Positions 30,023 through 40,873 of a stretch of 64,000 nt of DNA are shown piece by piece (positions within the stretch are counted from its first letter, which is position 1; every line of letters starts with the position of its first letter). Both the position numbers and the translations under genes were made by a program. Source of the stretch: Trypanosoma brucei (Eukaryota); contig CP000069.1 in the NCBI GenBank assembly GCA_000002445.1, positions 704,001 through 768,000 of the forward strand, read 5' to 3'. The notes beneath the pieces were generated by a model. It was not told the DNA's origin and made no database searches. It was given only the letters and a program-made list of their open reading frames with translations.

Positions 30023-32188
30023 ATGCTTAGCATCACACGGTGCATTCGGGGCTCGTTTATACTCAATGCACGCGTTGTCCCGGATTGGTGGCAGCCGTTT
30101 CATCGTGAGGAGCGGCATCGTACCGCTGTGGCTCGTATAGCGCATCTCCGCTCATCCACAGCCGACGGCGCTGCGGTCACCCGTGAGTCTGAGAGGGAAG
30201 CAGTACCCATCACGCTGCAAGAAGCGAACGAACTCGTTGACACATATACACGTAACCATAATGCAGAGGATCTCAGTTTGGTCCTTCAACACATCCGGGA
30301 AACACTACAAGAGTCGCTTGATAGTTTTCACTACCAATCACTCTTCCGCGTGTTTAACTACACACGGGATAAGGACAACGTCGAGCAGTTGCTCCTTATG
30401 ATGGTGCAGCGCGGTGAAGTCGATGCTGCCGTGTTTGCGCGTATCATTGACACATTTCACTGTCTGAGCCCCGTTAATGTCCTCAGTAGTATTCTTCGCG
30501 TGTTTGCGGCAGCACAAGATGCGTTAGGTAACGAGATATGTGGTGCGGATGGTTGTCCACTGCTCACATCTGTACTCCACCATGTGGCTAATAGCAGCGA
30601 CTACCCACCCACTGCATCCCTACTTGTGGTGGTGTGGATGCGCGCGTTAGGCGTGCAGCTCTGTGACTGGGACTACGTGCACATTTTTGCCGTACTTCTT
30701 TCGCATGCAGATGCGTTTCCGCGGGTACGGAGTACAATAGCGGTGTTTAATGACTTCCCTCGCGGTGAGGTCAGCCCACAGGCACTATTTCAGCGCCTGG
30801 AGGACCGCGGGGAACTGTCGCCAGCTTCTGGGCCGTTGAGTCTTCTTGTGGAGGCCATGCGTTCCTCGCTTCAGTTAGCTGGGGTGCCCCTGGAGACGCC
30901 TGTGAAAACTTGTGTGGTAAACACAAGAACGGCGGGTCTCTCCGCGATAATTGAGTTCGTTGTGGATGATATGGCATCCGCGGCGGCTGAGGGGAAACTT
31001 ATGGGCAATCTGCTTCATTGTTACCATGCACTTGCCTTGCTACAAAGCACGCTAAGAAATAATACAGCTGCTGTGGAAACTCTGCACCGTGTTGCTCGTG
31101 AGGTGAAACGTCGGGAGTCCACACTCGAAAAGGGGACCGATCATGCTTCACTGGCGGCAAGTAGTGAATGCGTTCATCATCATTATCTTATCGATATGGG
31201 AACACTGCTGCAACGTGTAAGTGCCCATACTTTGCAGGGAGTCCGTGTAGACTATGCCAAATCAGCGCAAAGTGCAAGTTCTGATGTTTCACAGAATGAC
31301 ATTGTGGCGGCGGAGAGTTATGCCATAGTGTTTGTGCGGAGCAACGATGAGGCGAGGGAAGCACTGCGTCAAGTAACTGAGAGTGTTGATCTCACACATC
31401 ATCGAACACGGCTCCAAACGAAGCTCATGTTTCGCCGCTTTGTGGAACTTTGTGCGCGGCACCCCAAAAAAAATTGTAAGATGACCCCCACAGGTCTTGA
31501 AGAGCGACGGAAGTGGGGTCGGTATTTGGACGCACGTGACACTTCTCTGGCTCTCTTTGGTTCAGCCAAGCAGGCACGTGATTCGATGAAGCATCTCTTT
31601 TATAACGACAACAAGATGCCAGAGCTCCGTAGCCCGGCAATAATTGAGAGAGACATGAATGATACGGCAGCCTTATTCAAATGGAAGCGCGCACCCACTG
31701 TCGCGTCACTGCGCCAACGTACATCAGTTCCTCATGTCCAATGCTCATCGCATGCTGTGCCGCGTCACCTTTGGGATCCCAATGTCTATAACCCCTATCC
31801 GCACGTTATGCTTTCTATTAGCCCTATGGAAGAAGAGCGCATCACTGATGATATTTTCCAAGAACTGTGGCGTGTCCTAATGAACCCTTCTCTCGTTGGG
31901 ACGGACCAGTGGTATTTGCGGGATGCAGAAATGTATTTGTTGCTGATGCGTTGTCTTATTCACCGCCTTGACTGGGAAGCCGCTGCCCACCTCACTATCA
32001 AAACTATGGAGAGTCTCACTTATACATACATGATGGACCATGAGGTAACGCTTATGTTCAAGGAGATTGGGGATCCTGCGGGTTGCTTGGCTTTCAAAGT
32101 TGCAACAAAGTTATTTGACGGGCGTATTCTTAAGGATGGACAGAGCAAACGCGAAAAATTCCACCAGGAACAGTTTGGTGAATTGTGA
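30023..32188 (+). CDS. hypothetical protein (721 aa, helical)
   Basis: Long + ORF in polycistron orientation with no recognisable motif. The N-terminus is Arg-rich and could be an organellar presequence. Confidence 0.5.
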   Translation: MLSITRCIRGSFILNARVVPDWWQPFHREERHRTAVARIAHLRSSTADGAAVTRESEREAVPITLQEANELVDTYTRNHNAEDLSLVLQHIRETLQESLDSFHYQSLFRVFNYTRDKDNVEQLLLMMVQRGEVDAAVFARIIDTFHCLSPVNVLSSILRVFAAAQDALGNEICGADGCPLLTSVLHHVANSSDYPPTASLLVVVWMRALGVQLCDWDYVHIFAVLLSHADAFPRVRSTIAVFNDFPRGEVSPQALFQRLEDRGELSPASGPLSLLVEAMRSSLQLAGVPLETPVKTCVVNTRTAGLSAIIEFVVDDMASAAAEGKLMGNLLHCYHALALLQSTLRNNTAAVETLHRVAREVKRRESTLEKGTDHASLAASSECVHHHYLIDMGTLLQRVSAHTLQGVRVDYAKSAQSASSDVSQNDIVAAESYAIVFVRSNDEAREALRQVTESVDLTHHRTRLQTKLMFRRFVELCARHPKKNCKMTPTGLEERRKWGRYLDARDTSLALFGSAKQARDSMKHLFYNDNKMPELRSPAIIERDMNDTAALFKWKRAPTVASLRQRTSVPHVQCSSHAVPRHLWDPNVYNPYPHVMLSISPMEEERITDDIFQELWRVLMNPSLVGTDQWYLRDAEMYLLLMRCLIHRLDWEAAAHLTIKTMESLTYTYMMDHEVTLMFKEIGDPAGCLAFKVATKLFDGRILKDGQSKREKFHQEQFGEL

Positions 32189-32624
32189 GGTTGTGTGATT
32201 TGCTCGCTCTGTGCTGTGCTGTGCTTTGGGTGGAAGTAATACAATGGTGAGCGATTTAAAGGAGTGCGCTTGGGCGCTATTGTTCGGTGTACTGAACTGT
32301 TTTGTTGAATTTCCTCGTTATCAGATACGACAAGGATTGGAGGATGGACGCTGAGGGAGCGAATCAAAAAAAAACAAAACAAAGATTCTCTCTTACGTGG
32401 AGAAGGACGCCTTGCGGTGTCTGATTCTTGCGGCTACTCATGCGTTTTAATGTGGGTAGAGCTACGAGCAACCCAAAGGTCTTCATTCTTCACCTTTTCC
32501 GCGTGTATTCATGTTTTTTCTCTTTTGCACTTGTGTTGGACGAAACGCCGTGCAAAGTAAATAAGTGAAGTGGACGGCCGTACACGTATCTAAGCAAATA
32601 AATTGATCACACCCAAATACAGCC

Positions 32625-34343
32625 ATGTCCTCTGTGTCAAGTGATCACATTGAGCTAATTCCTTCACTGAAAGGAGTGACGGTCTTTAGCGATCGTGCGC
32701 AACTTGCATTCGTTGCAAGCACCGCACTCGAATGCGGTACACATATAATCCACCTTCGGCCAGAAGGCAATTGGGAGGATATGATTACCAACACATTGCT
32801 GGTAAAAGTCCAAGACGGATCAAACCGCCACGTTGCGGTCCACGACGTTCGACTCAAACACACAGACCTAACGGAGGAAGTGCGAGAGGGGGTGAGAGTA
32901 CTTAAGGATTCGATCGATGAGTTGCAGGGGAAGATTGACGCAGTCACCGACAAGAAAAAGGTTCAAAGCGCCGTTGAAGCAGCTGTTGAGAAGATTGAGA
33001 AAAAACTCATGATTATGGGCGAGCGGGATTGCCCATCGCGTGCTCATAAACAGTTAACAGATACGACGGCGATCACGTTATTTCTCTCTCAACCATCATC
33101 GTGGATGGAGCTCATTTGTTTCATAAGCGGCCGCAAAAGACACGTTAGGGAGTGTTTGCTGGAGTTGAAGGATGAAGAGACGAAGCTTCAGGCGAGCTTG
33201 TCAAAACTCCAGGAAGAACTAGGAGAGATGCAACGTGGAAAGCGAAGGCAGCGCCGCAACACAACTGTTGAGGTAACGTTAACGGTTCGTGAGCAACCCA
33301 CCGAACTGAAACTTAACGTTAGTTTTGTTGTTACAGGAGCATCTTGGAAGCCATTATATGACATGCGTGTGAGCTCGAGTGCTTCAACTATGGATCTTAC
33401 GTACTACGCGCAGGTGCAGCAGCGTACGCCCATAGATTGGAATAAGGTTCAACTGAAGGTGAGTACGGCGGCACCCCATTTCGGAACTCAGCCGCCCAAA
33501 TTGGCAACGTGGAGGATTAGTCTCAAACCGCCTATTGCCAACTTGAAACCGCGTCTTCTAGCAATGAATTTGAGGGGGATGCCCATGCCGTGTGCTGCGA
33601 AGGCCGTGGACACGACTGATTGCAACGCCGCCCCCAGAGAGGCGAGGGTGAAGCAAGCCATCGTCTCTTCCTCGTCACCCTTCTCAGGTGCCATCAGTTC
33701 ATTCCATGTTCTTGGTCTTACCACAGTAAGAAATAACAACCGATTGGTAAAGGTTGCCATTGCGAAGCAGACATTTCCGGTCGAGTTGGAGTATCACGCA
33801 GTGCCGAAGAGCGATAAAAGGGTGTTTCGAACTGCAAAGGCAAAAAACACAAGTCCATACATATTCCTTCCGGGGAAAAGTCACATTTTTGTTGATAGCA
33901 CATTTATGTGTGGTTCGAGGTTGGATTTGGTACCGGCTGGGGCGGATTTCAGCGCTTCCCTTGGCGCCGACGAGAGAGTGGAGGTTGTGCGTAAGGAGGT
34001 CAAGCGTACTCGTTCCATAGTAACGAGAGTTGTGCGCTCCCCACTCGTGCGTATGGACCACGTATATGAATTTTCCGTGAAGGGAACAGTACAGAGGGAA
34101 ACTACGCTGCTGGTGCGTGACCAATGTCCCCTGTCACCTGATGATGAGGTGAAGGTGTGTGTTGTGGAGCCTAGTTCCAAGGCATTAAAGGGGAGATTAA
34201 CTGCCGACGGCATGAAATGTGCCATGGACCAGATGGGGATGATAGAATGGAAATTGAAACTTTCACCTGGGGCGAATAATCACGTATTTCGGTACGCGTT
34301 CCAGGTGGAGCACCCTGAGAGGTTGACTGTTCGAGGCGTGTGA
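32625..34343 (+). CDS. hypothetical protein, possibly of the DUF4139/DUF4140 (TIGR02231) family
   Basis: 572-aa ORF. The central motif VTGASWKPLYDMRV followed by a second-half beta-rich region resembles the ASWxPxYDxR signature of that family. This is a low-certainty recollection. Confidence 0.4.
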   Translation: MSSVSSDHIELIPSLKGVTVFSDRAQLAFVASTALECGTHIIHLRPEGNWEDMITNTLLVKVQDGSNRHVAVHDVRLKHTDLTEEVREGVRVLKDSIDELQGKIDAVTDKKKVQSAVEAAVEKIEKKLMIMGERDCPSRAHKQLTDTTAITLFLSQPSSWMELICFISGRKRHVRECLLELKDEETKLQASLSKLQEELGEMQRGKRRQRRNTTVEVTLTVREQPTELKLNVSFVVTGASWKPLYDMRVSSSASTMDLTYYAQVQQRTPIDWNKVQLKVSTAAPHFGTQPPKLATWRISLKPPIANLKPRLLAMNLRGMPMPCAAKAVDTTDCNAAPREARVKQAIVSSSSPFSGAISSFHVLGLTTVRNNNRLVKVAIAKQTFPVELEYHAVPKSDKRVFRTAKAKNTSPYIFLPGKSHIFVDSTFMCGSRLDLVPAGADFSASLGADERVEVVRKEVKRTRSIVTRVVRSPLVRMDHVYEFSVKGTVQRETTLLVRDQCPLSPDDEVKVCVVEPSSKALKGRLTADGMKCAMDQMGMIEWKLKLSPGANNHVFRYAFQVEHPERLTVRGV

Positions 34344-34349
34344 TCGGGA

Positions 34350-34370
34350 AATATATATATATATATATAT
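34350..34370. repeat. (AT)10 microsatellite
   Basis: atatatatatatatatatatat, 7 bp after the stop of CDS 32625-34343. Similar (TA)n tracts occur at 25643-25661, 37795-37812, 56249-56271, and at 7887-7900 with its duplicate at 16753-16766. Confidence 0.95.
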
Positions 34371-35325
34371 CCATTTGTTGATCTGTCCCTGCCATCAGAA
34401 GGTCTTGACTTAGTGTTTCTTTTTTTTTTTTTTTACAACTATCACTACGATTATTGCCGATATTACTATCTTCATCTGTTTGGAAGCATACGAAAAATAC
34501 TTTCTGTTATTGTGCGCGGAATATTCGTCACATCGTGAAAAATGTAAACTGAACAAAAAGGAAAAGGGGGTTAAGGAAGAGCTTTGTAAAGGTATTTCTA
34601 CGACATATACCTTGTTATTGTTATCGTTGTTGCTTTAATATATTTTTTGAATCAGTGCTCTACCTGTGGACGTGTGCATGTACCAGTTCCTCCCCATTTT
34701 CATATATATGTGCTTTTACATATGCATAGGTATGTTCTTTATGTGTTAATATGACTGTGAGCGGCGAGTGTGGTCAGACGTTTTTTTTTTTTGGAGGGGG
34801 GAAATATGATCTCTAGAAGAGAAATTGTTTTATTTAACATATAAAAATGGTGTGTGTGCATGCAATATATAGTTAACAACTTTATCTCCATACTGCTTCC
34901 TTTATTTTTTTTCTCGTTCGTGTAGCGTCCGTTCTCTTTTTTGTTCTCATATATTGTTGCCTTCTGCCTTGGGCTCTGTCCCCTCCTTTTAGAAACTGCT
35001 TGGTACTTTACTCTGCGTGTTGATATATTGTCTTTTCTTCCCTCTCTTTTCGACAATGTTGTTCCTTTCCTTTTTTGTTTTCTTCCATGCACATGGGTAC
35101 AAATACTATCCTGCCTATGCTGAGCCCTGGCTGCGGATTAAGGAGACGAAACCTCCTCCCCACTCCAGCAAGTTTCACAACTCACACTTGCATCACTTGC
35201 TTCTCTCCTAGCGGCCAACATTTCCAACTTTTAACCGGTAGTGCGCTTTGAATTGAGTCACACGACAAGCAAAAATTTTCCATAGAAGGTGGAACAGGAA
35301 GAGAAATATAAGGTTACAAAGAATA

Positions 35326-37341
35326 GTGACCATGGAAGAACTGCAGTGCGCTCTTCTCGGGTTTCACTCCGCGTCGTTACCCTTCGAGATATTGAAGGAT
35401 TCTCCGTGTGATGCCGGAGTTACTGGCACTTTCTCGCAGCTCCACCCATCCGAGCGGTCGTTGGTCGGGGAGGTGTTGCCACTCGGGGAGATGTGTCAAA
35501 CGTTACGGGCTCTTGCTACTGACTTTGCTGTTGGACGCACAGATGGGCTCTACATTTCAGCTATTGCATCCGCTGTCGTGCAAATACTGCGTAGTTACGA
35601 GGAATCCGTCCGAGCTGCTGTAACGCCGTCCTCGGTTGTGTCGCTCCGACCCACGTACTTTCTCGCTTTTTCACTTATCATGGAGATGGTTCAGCAGCAA
35701 AAGAATGCAGATCTTCTCCTTGTAACAATACAGTCGTTCCTTTCAAATCGGGAGATCCCCCAGAAGTTTAGGCTGTGGATGGGCGAGGCTGTGTGGATGT
35801 CTCTCCTTTATACCATTGGACACTATGTTGCTCATGGTGTTGTGCTCCATGGCCGCCGTGACTTCTTTATTTCTGTGAAGTCAAAGGGAGGAAAGGAGGA
35901 CCACACACTGCATAGTGATCTCCTTCCTCATGGCATACCCATGGAACTTGGCTTACTGATACTCTCAGTGGGAAAAGAGCGGCGGGTTCTGCTCAGTGAC
36001 GCTGAGAGTCACGGCAAGGAATATCTTGAGCAGCTTGCGTTGGGTGCGCAGGATGAGGCAGCGGATGCGGTGTTTAGGGCTATTTACCACCCATCGCTGT
36101 GTGTGAATGGTTTCCTCGTAGTGGATGAGCTGGAGACACGTGTTGAGGAAACGCATGCACTGTGGTCAAAGGCCTTGTGGCTTAAAGTTAGTAAACAGGT
36201 TGACCTGCGGAAACACATAGATGCGATGCGGGCGATGTTCTTGTGTCATCGCGGGGACTTTTGGCATACGTTTGTGGAGACCGCTTTTTCAACTTTTGTG
36301 GATGATACCATTTCACGATCGACGGTAACGGAGGCGGTGGTCAACCGGACTGCTGCGGATGCATTTGCATATGCACTGGAAATGTCAGGTTTAGGGGATG
36401 TGCGCGTGTTTGAGCGCTTCAGCACATTTGTGCGGCTCCCAATTGAGGCAGAGGAGGGTGAAGGAAGCGGGACTTTGCGCTCCATTGAGGATACGGCTCG
36501 AGCAATTCTGAGCTGCATGCGTGGCTTAGGGCTTCATTACGTTCCCCCGCGAGGTTTGCAACTTGTTGTGTCACCCAAGGCTATGGAGTACTATCAGCGT
36601 ATCTTTTCATTTCATATTGTGAGGCGCTTTTCACTACACGCACTTCATTCTGTTAGGGGTCTCTTTTCTGAGGCACTGCTAACGAACAAGAACCCGTCGC
36701 CGGAGCTCCGCCGTGCCTTTGCAATAATGCAATTGTTGTTATTTCTCCAAACCACATTGGGTTACTATCTCCAGGTGGATGTGATAGTGCTAAGAAATGC
36801 TGAACTTGACAAGGCAATGGCAAAGTGTAAGAGCGTGCAAGATGCAAAGAGGTGTTTAGATCGCTACGTATGGCATATTACCGAAGGCTCTTTTATTGCT
36901 GAAGGGTCTAATGCACTTTTTTCAGCGTGCGAGGCTCTTTTCCAGTGTTCGTTTGCCCTCTATGTGCTTTGCAAGCGTTACAGGCTAGTTTCGTGGGCTG
37001 TTGAAGGCTCACGGATTCCGATAGAAGTGTTGGCTGCACTTGCAGCTTTGGAGACTCGTGTGCATCAGGAAATTATTGCCGCGTTTACGGGGCACCTTTC
37101 GGGATCTTCAACACGTGGGAACGAGCGGGCTCTGTGGGCTCGCCTGGACTTTAACCGATTCCTCTCCGCGGGGTTGTATGGTGGACCTTCTACTGTATTT
37201 CAGCAACCCCAGCGGCCTGTGCCCAGTAGAAGTTTATCAAGTTCCTTAAAAAGTTTGCGGGGCCCCACGCAGAGCCGACTCCGCGGGGAGCGAACGACAA
37301 AAGGAACCAGTTCCCCCACACCGAAAGCAGGGCACCGGTAG
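35326..37341 (+). CDS. gamma-tubulin complex component (Spc97/Spc98, GCP family), GCP4-sized
   Basis: GRIP motifs are present: HGVVLHGRRDFFISV matches G-x-x-D-x-x-E/DFFI, and FLCHRGDFWHTFVETAF matches LLLxqGDF. The 671-aa length is close to GCP4. Confidence 0.55.
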   Translation: MTMEELQCALLGFHSASLPFEILKDSPCDAGVTGTFSQLHPSERSLVGEVLPLGEMCQTLRALATDFAVGRTDGLYISAIASAVVQILRSYEESVRAAVTPSSVVSLRPTYFLAFSLIMEMVQQQKNADLLLVTIQSFLSNREIPQKFRLWMGEAVWMSLLYTIGHYVAHGVVLHGRRDFFISVKSKGGKEDHTLHSDLLPHGIPMELGLLILSVGKERRVLLSDAESHGKEYLEQLALGAQDEAADAVFRAIYHPSLCVNGFLVVDELETRVEETHALWSKALWLKVSKQVDLRKHIDAMRAMFLCHRGDFWHTFVETAFSTFVDDTISRSTVTEAVVNRTAADAFAYALEMSGLGDVRVFERFSTFVRLPIEAEEGEGSGTLRSIEDTARAILSCMRGLGLHYVPPRGLQLVVSPKAMEYYQRIFSFHIVRRFSLHALHSVRGLFSEALLTNKNPSPELRRAFAIMQLLLFLQTTLGYYLQVDVIVLRNAELDKAMAKCKSVQDAKRCLDRYVWHITEGSFIAEGSNALFSACEALFQCSFALYVLCKRYRLVSWAVEGSRIPIEVLAALAALETRVHQEIIAAFTGHLSGSSTRGNERALWARLDFNRFLSAGLYGGPSTVFQQPQRPVPSRSLSSSLKSLRGPTQSRLRGERTTKGTSSPTPKAGHR

Positions 37342-38360
37342 GTAATATTCGGGTGGCTCTGGTGACCACGAAATTTGACATAGTTCCCCGATTATCCTTT
37401 CATATTTCTCGATCGCTTGTTTCTATACTTCACGAAATGCTATGTTTCCTTCGCTGTACTCAAGAAAAGTGAGGAGGCGAAGGCAAGTATGGTTTTGTGA
37501 ACATAACCCTCTTGTAACTGCTTGTAAATGTGTTCTTTATCGCTTTACACGGCTCTTTTTTTTTTTTCGTTGTTGTTGTTATTGAATGCACCTTTTTCTT
37601 TATGCCATTTCCTTTTTTCCTCATCGTAGAAGTTTGTTAAAGCAGACATAAACGGGTACGGGTGGATTCGGGGATATGGATTAGGAAAGGGATGTCCATA
37701 GTCGTTCAGCAACTATCTTTCTAGCGGTATCATACTATTCATTCTTAATGTCTTCTTCCCGCAGGTGTTTCGCGGCACGTCGACGACAGCTTACTATATA
37801 TATATATATATATTTCACTGTATTTGTGTCTGTACGCGCGTACAGAGTGTTTCTACAAACCGGTTGCTCAGGTGTGGCTCCCTCGTCCCACGCAACGCAT
37901 TGTTGAAAAGGTGGACTAAAGCCTTCTGTGCCGTGCAGCAGATGGTGGAAGCTGCATTTCCGTTTAAATCGTTCCCGTTTTCCTTTTCTTCTACATTCCC
38001 ATGCGCTTCCTCCTCTTCTTTCAATGTCGGGTCAGGCAGGGAAGACATTCAGCTGCTTGTACGGTGTTTTTGAGTGGTTGATATTTCACAAATGTGTGTG
38101 ACTTTTTGTAAGAAATAGTGTGTGTGTGTGTGTATGTGGAAATAACACATTATTTCATGTCTGCGTGCGCAAGCATCCTGATCCGAGTACTCGTTGGTTT
38201 GCTTTGCTAAATATTTGCTCCCACTTCTGCTAGTATCGTTTTTTTTTTTTTGCGCCATCTCCTCATTAATTAATTAATTATGATTTGCTCCGCTCCGTAA
38301 TCATCTAACTGTTTAGGTGTAGTTTCAACCGTGTGGGTGTGTTGTCTGTAACATTAGTAG

Positions 38361-38975
38361 ATGAAGAGACCATGGGGTGAGTCCGTTGGGACGCAGAGCA
38401 ATCACACTCGCACGGATGGAGTCCAAGAGCCGTCCGCTTCTGCTGAACTCGCTGCATCCGCAAATGATGACACGCAAGTGAGAAGTGACGGGCGTAACGT
38501 ACGTGTAAGAAGTTCAGGTTCTCCACGTACAATTGATACGGGTAATGGGGGCGGTTCAACAGTCGTATCACCACAGCGTCAGTTGAGTGACCAACGGTTA
38601 CCGCAAGCATCCTCGAGACATGAATTGCTGGAGGGCACTTCTGAGTTTCTGTTGCGTACGGAGGGGAATATTCCATGCTCCTTTGGTAATGTGCCGAAGG
38701 ATTCTATAGGTTATGAATCGCAGTGCTGTTGGAACTTGTACAATAATACGGGAACAACGCACTATGAACCACCATGGAGGACGTGCTTAGCTGTGGAGAA
38801 GAACCGGGAGAACCCCTATTATTTGCCATGGCTTGACTCCATGAAAATACCTCCACTGGATGAATTACTTTCGAAAGTAGACGAGCGGAAAAGCAAAGCA
38901 GCAACCTCTGGTGATGTGGACTCCGGCACGAACGATTCTAATGTAAAAGACGGATCTACGAAGCATGCGGATTAG
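38361..38975 (+). CDS. questionable small ORF of 204 aa, Ser/Gly/Thr-rich
   Basis: The only + ORF in the 2-kb gap 37342-39386. It is low-complexity and coding is uncertain. Confidence 0.2.
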   Translation: MKRPWGESVGTQSNHTRTDGVQEPSASAELAASANDDTQVRSDGRNVRVRSSGSPRTIDTGNGGGSTVVSPQRQLSDQRLPQASSRHELLEGTSEFLLRTEGNIPCSFGNVPKDSIGYESQCCWNLYNNTGTTHYEPPWRTCLAVEKNRENPYYLPWLDSMKIPPLDELLSKVDERKSKAATSGDVDSGTNDSNVKDGSTKHAD

Positions 38976-39386
38976 CCACGGTTACCAGCATAATTGCGGG
39001 TGCGTTTGCAAAGAGCAGCATCGTTCTCAAATGTTTCTCTCTCACTTTTTTTAATCCCTCAGTTTCACGGTACAGCGGGAGGCGTGCACAAGCTTTCGCT
39101 TAATAGTCGAAAGCTGCGTTGATTAAGCATGTAGGGGACATCCCTTCTCCGTACCGCTTGGATACGTATCTACTCATCTCTCTAATTTATTTGGTGAAAG
39201 TGTTCCTCTCATGTGCTCTTTACGTAGTGGTACTTTCTTCGTTTTTTTTAAATTTCTCATAATACTGTTGCCGTCGACGTGGTTACCGCTTTCTATTCAA
39301 ATTTATATAATTACTGATAGCCGTTCAGAAGTTATTAGCGACATTGATCGGGGCGTGAAGCGAGTAAAAGGTCAGTAAGGTGAAGT

Positions 39387-40070
39387 ATGCGTCGTGCACT
39401 TGTATTCACAGCTTTTGCTGCTAACTCAGCCGCAGCAGCTTTCGCTGCTTCTTTTGCCAAATCACACACGGCGGTGGTAACAAATCCAACGGTACCCCAA
39501 CCCGTCTACATGCAGCAACGCTTGGTATCGGACCAACGACTTTCTGAAGCCACTTTACGTGAGTTGGAGGATGAACGCCAACGCGCTGGACTACCAGAGA
39601 AACCGGAAATACCTGAGGGGTGGACAATAGACCGTAAGCCTGGTGTGACACATTTCACAATGCGCAAATCCCATGGGGACGAGGAAATTATCCTGCAACT
39701 CACAGGAGAAGATAGATCAAATGAAGAGATCACGCGCACTCTCGATGTTTTGGTGGTTAATGGCGGGAAGGCGTTGGTGTTTGGCATGAGTGTGGAGGAT
39801 GGCGAGTTTGTGATCAACAATGTCTGCTTCCGGCATGACGGAAAACTAGCCTTGGACACGTCGGCAGAAGCACAGTTTCAGAAGAGCCAGCTGTACATGG
39901 GCCCCGACTTGGCTGATCTGGAGGACCATCTTGTGGACAGCTTTACAAGCTATTTGAGTGCACGTGGCGTCAATGATACGCTGGCTAATTTCATTGACCA
40001 GTTCAGCTTGTGGTCAGAGCAGGCGGACTACGAAGAGTGGCTGAGCAGCATTAACAAATTTGTTTCGTAA
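39387..40070 (+). CDS. mitochondrial glycoprotein family protein (p32/gC1qR/MAM33-like)
   Basis: The presequence-like N-terminus MRRALVFTAFAANSAAAAFAASF, the acidic body and the C-terminus ...YLSARGVNDTLANFIDQFSLWSEQADYEEWLSSINKFVS align with human C1QBP ...FLADRGVDNTFADELVELSTALEHQEYITFLEDLKSFVK. Confidence 0.75.
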   Translation: MRRALVFTAFAANSAAAAFAASFAKSHTAVVTNPTVPQPVYMQQRLVSDQRLSEATLRELEDERQRAGLPEKPEIPEGWTIDRKPGVTHFTMRKSHGDEEIILQLTGEDRSNEEITRTLDVLVVNGGKALVFGMSVEDGEFVINNVCFRHDGKLALDTSAEAQFQKSQLYMGPDLADLEDHLVDSFTSYLSARGVNDTLANFIDQFSLWSEQADYEEWLSSINKFVS

Positions 40071-40873
40071 CGTAAAGAGGAGAGGAGGGGGGGGGGCGGG
40101 AGCACAACACAAAAAATAAAGAGAACTGTGGAAAAAAAACAAGAAAGGGGTCTATAACTAGACTGCTCCAGTAAACATCTTTGGTTCCATTGTTGCTGGT
40201 GTTGCAAAGCTACATTTAATGAATTCCTGACTTTTCTGTTTGACTCTCTTAGTTATTTTTGTTTGTGCGGAAATCATTTTTTTTTGTTTTTACTTCTCGG
40301 GTCGAAGGGGCAGCAAAAGTACCGGCAGAAAGACGATATCGAAGATGAAAATGAAGGGGAGGGGGAGGGGAGAACACGGCGGCGTGATGCTTGTGGTAGT
40401 GGACAGTGGAAGGACAAGGGAGGGGCGATGATGCGAAAAAATTCGGACAAGCATAAATAGTTGCTCATTTTTTTGTAAGGAAGGACCATGGAGAAGGTTT
40501 GGTGCCATGGATATGAGTCACATTATTTGGATACCTGTCGCACTTATGTGCCCTTTTCTTCTGTTCAAGATGAGGGAGAAATCCGATAATGGTCAACTTT
40601 TGTAGTTATTACTGATTTGGACGCCCAAATTGCTTCCCTCCACTTTTTTTCTTTTCATTCGTCTTCTTTCGTTCTTGTACGCTGCCCCCCCCTTCGTATT
40701 CGTAGTGCGGCGCGTAATGGTACTACTTCCTTTTTTTATTGCCTTTCTTCACCCATTTCTTTCCAAAATGTGGCTGACCTGCATCTTGATTTGAATTCTC
40801 TTATTTCACATATTATATCACCTGAACACGCGTATGCTAAAGTGAATAAGCGAAGACACTCCACACATTTGGG

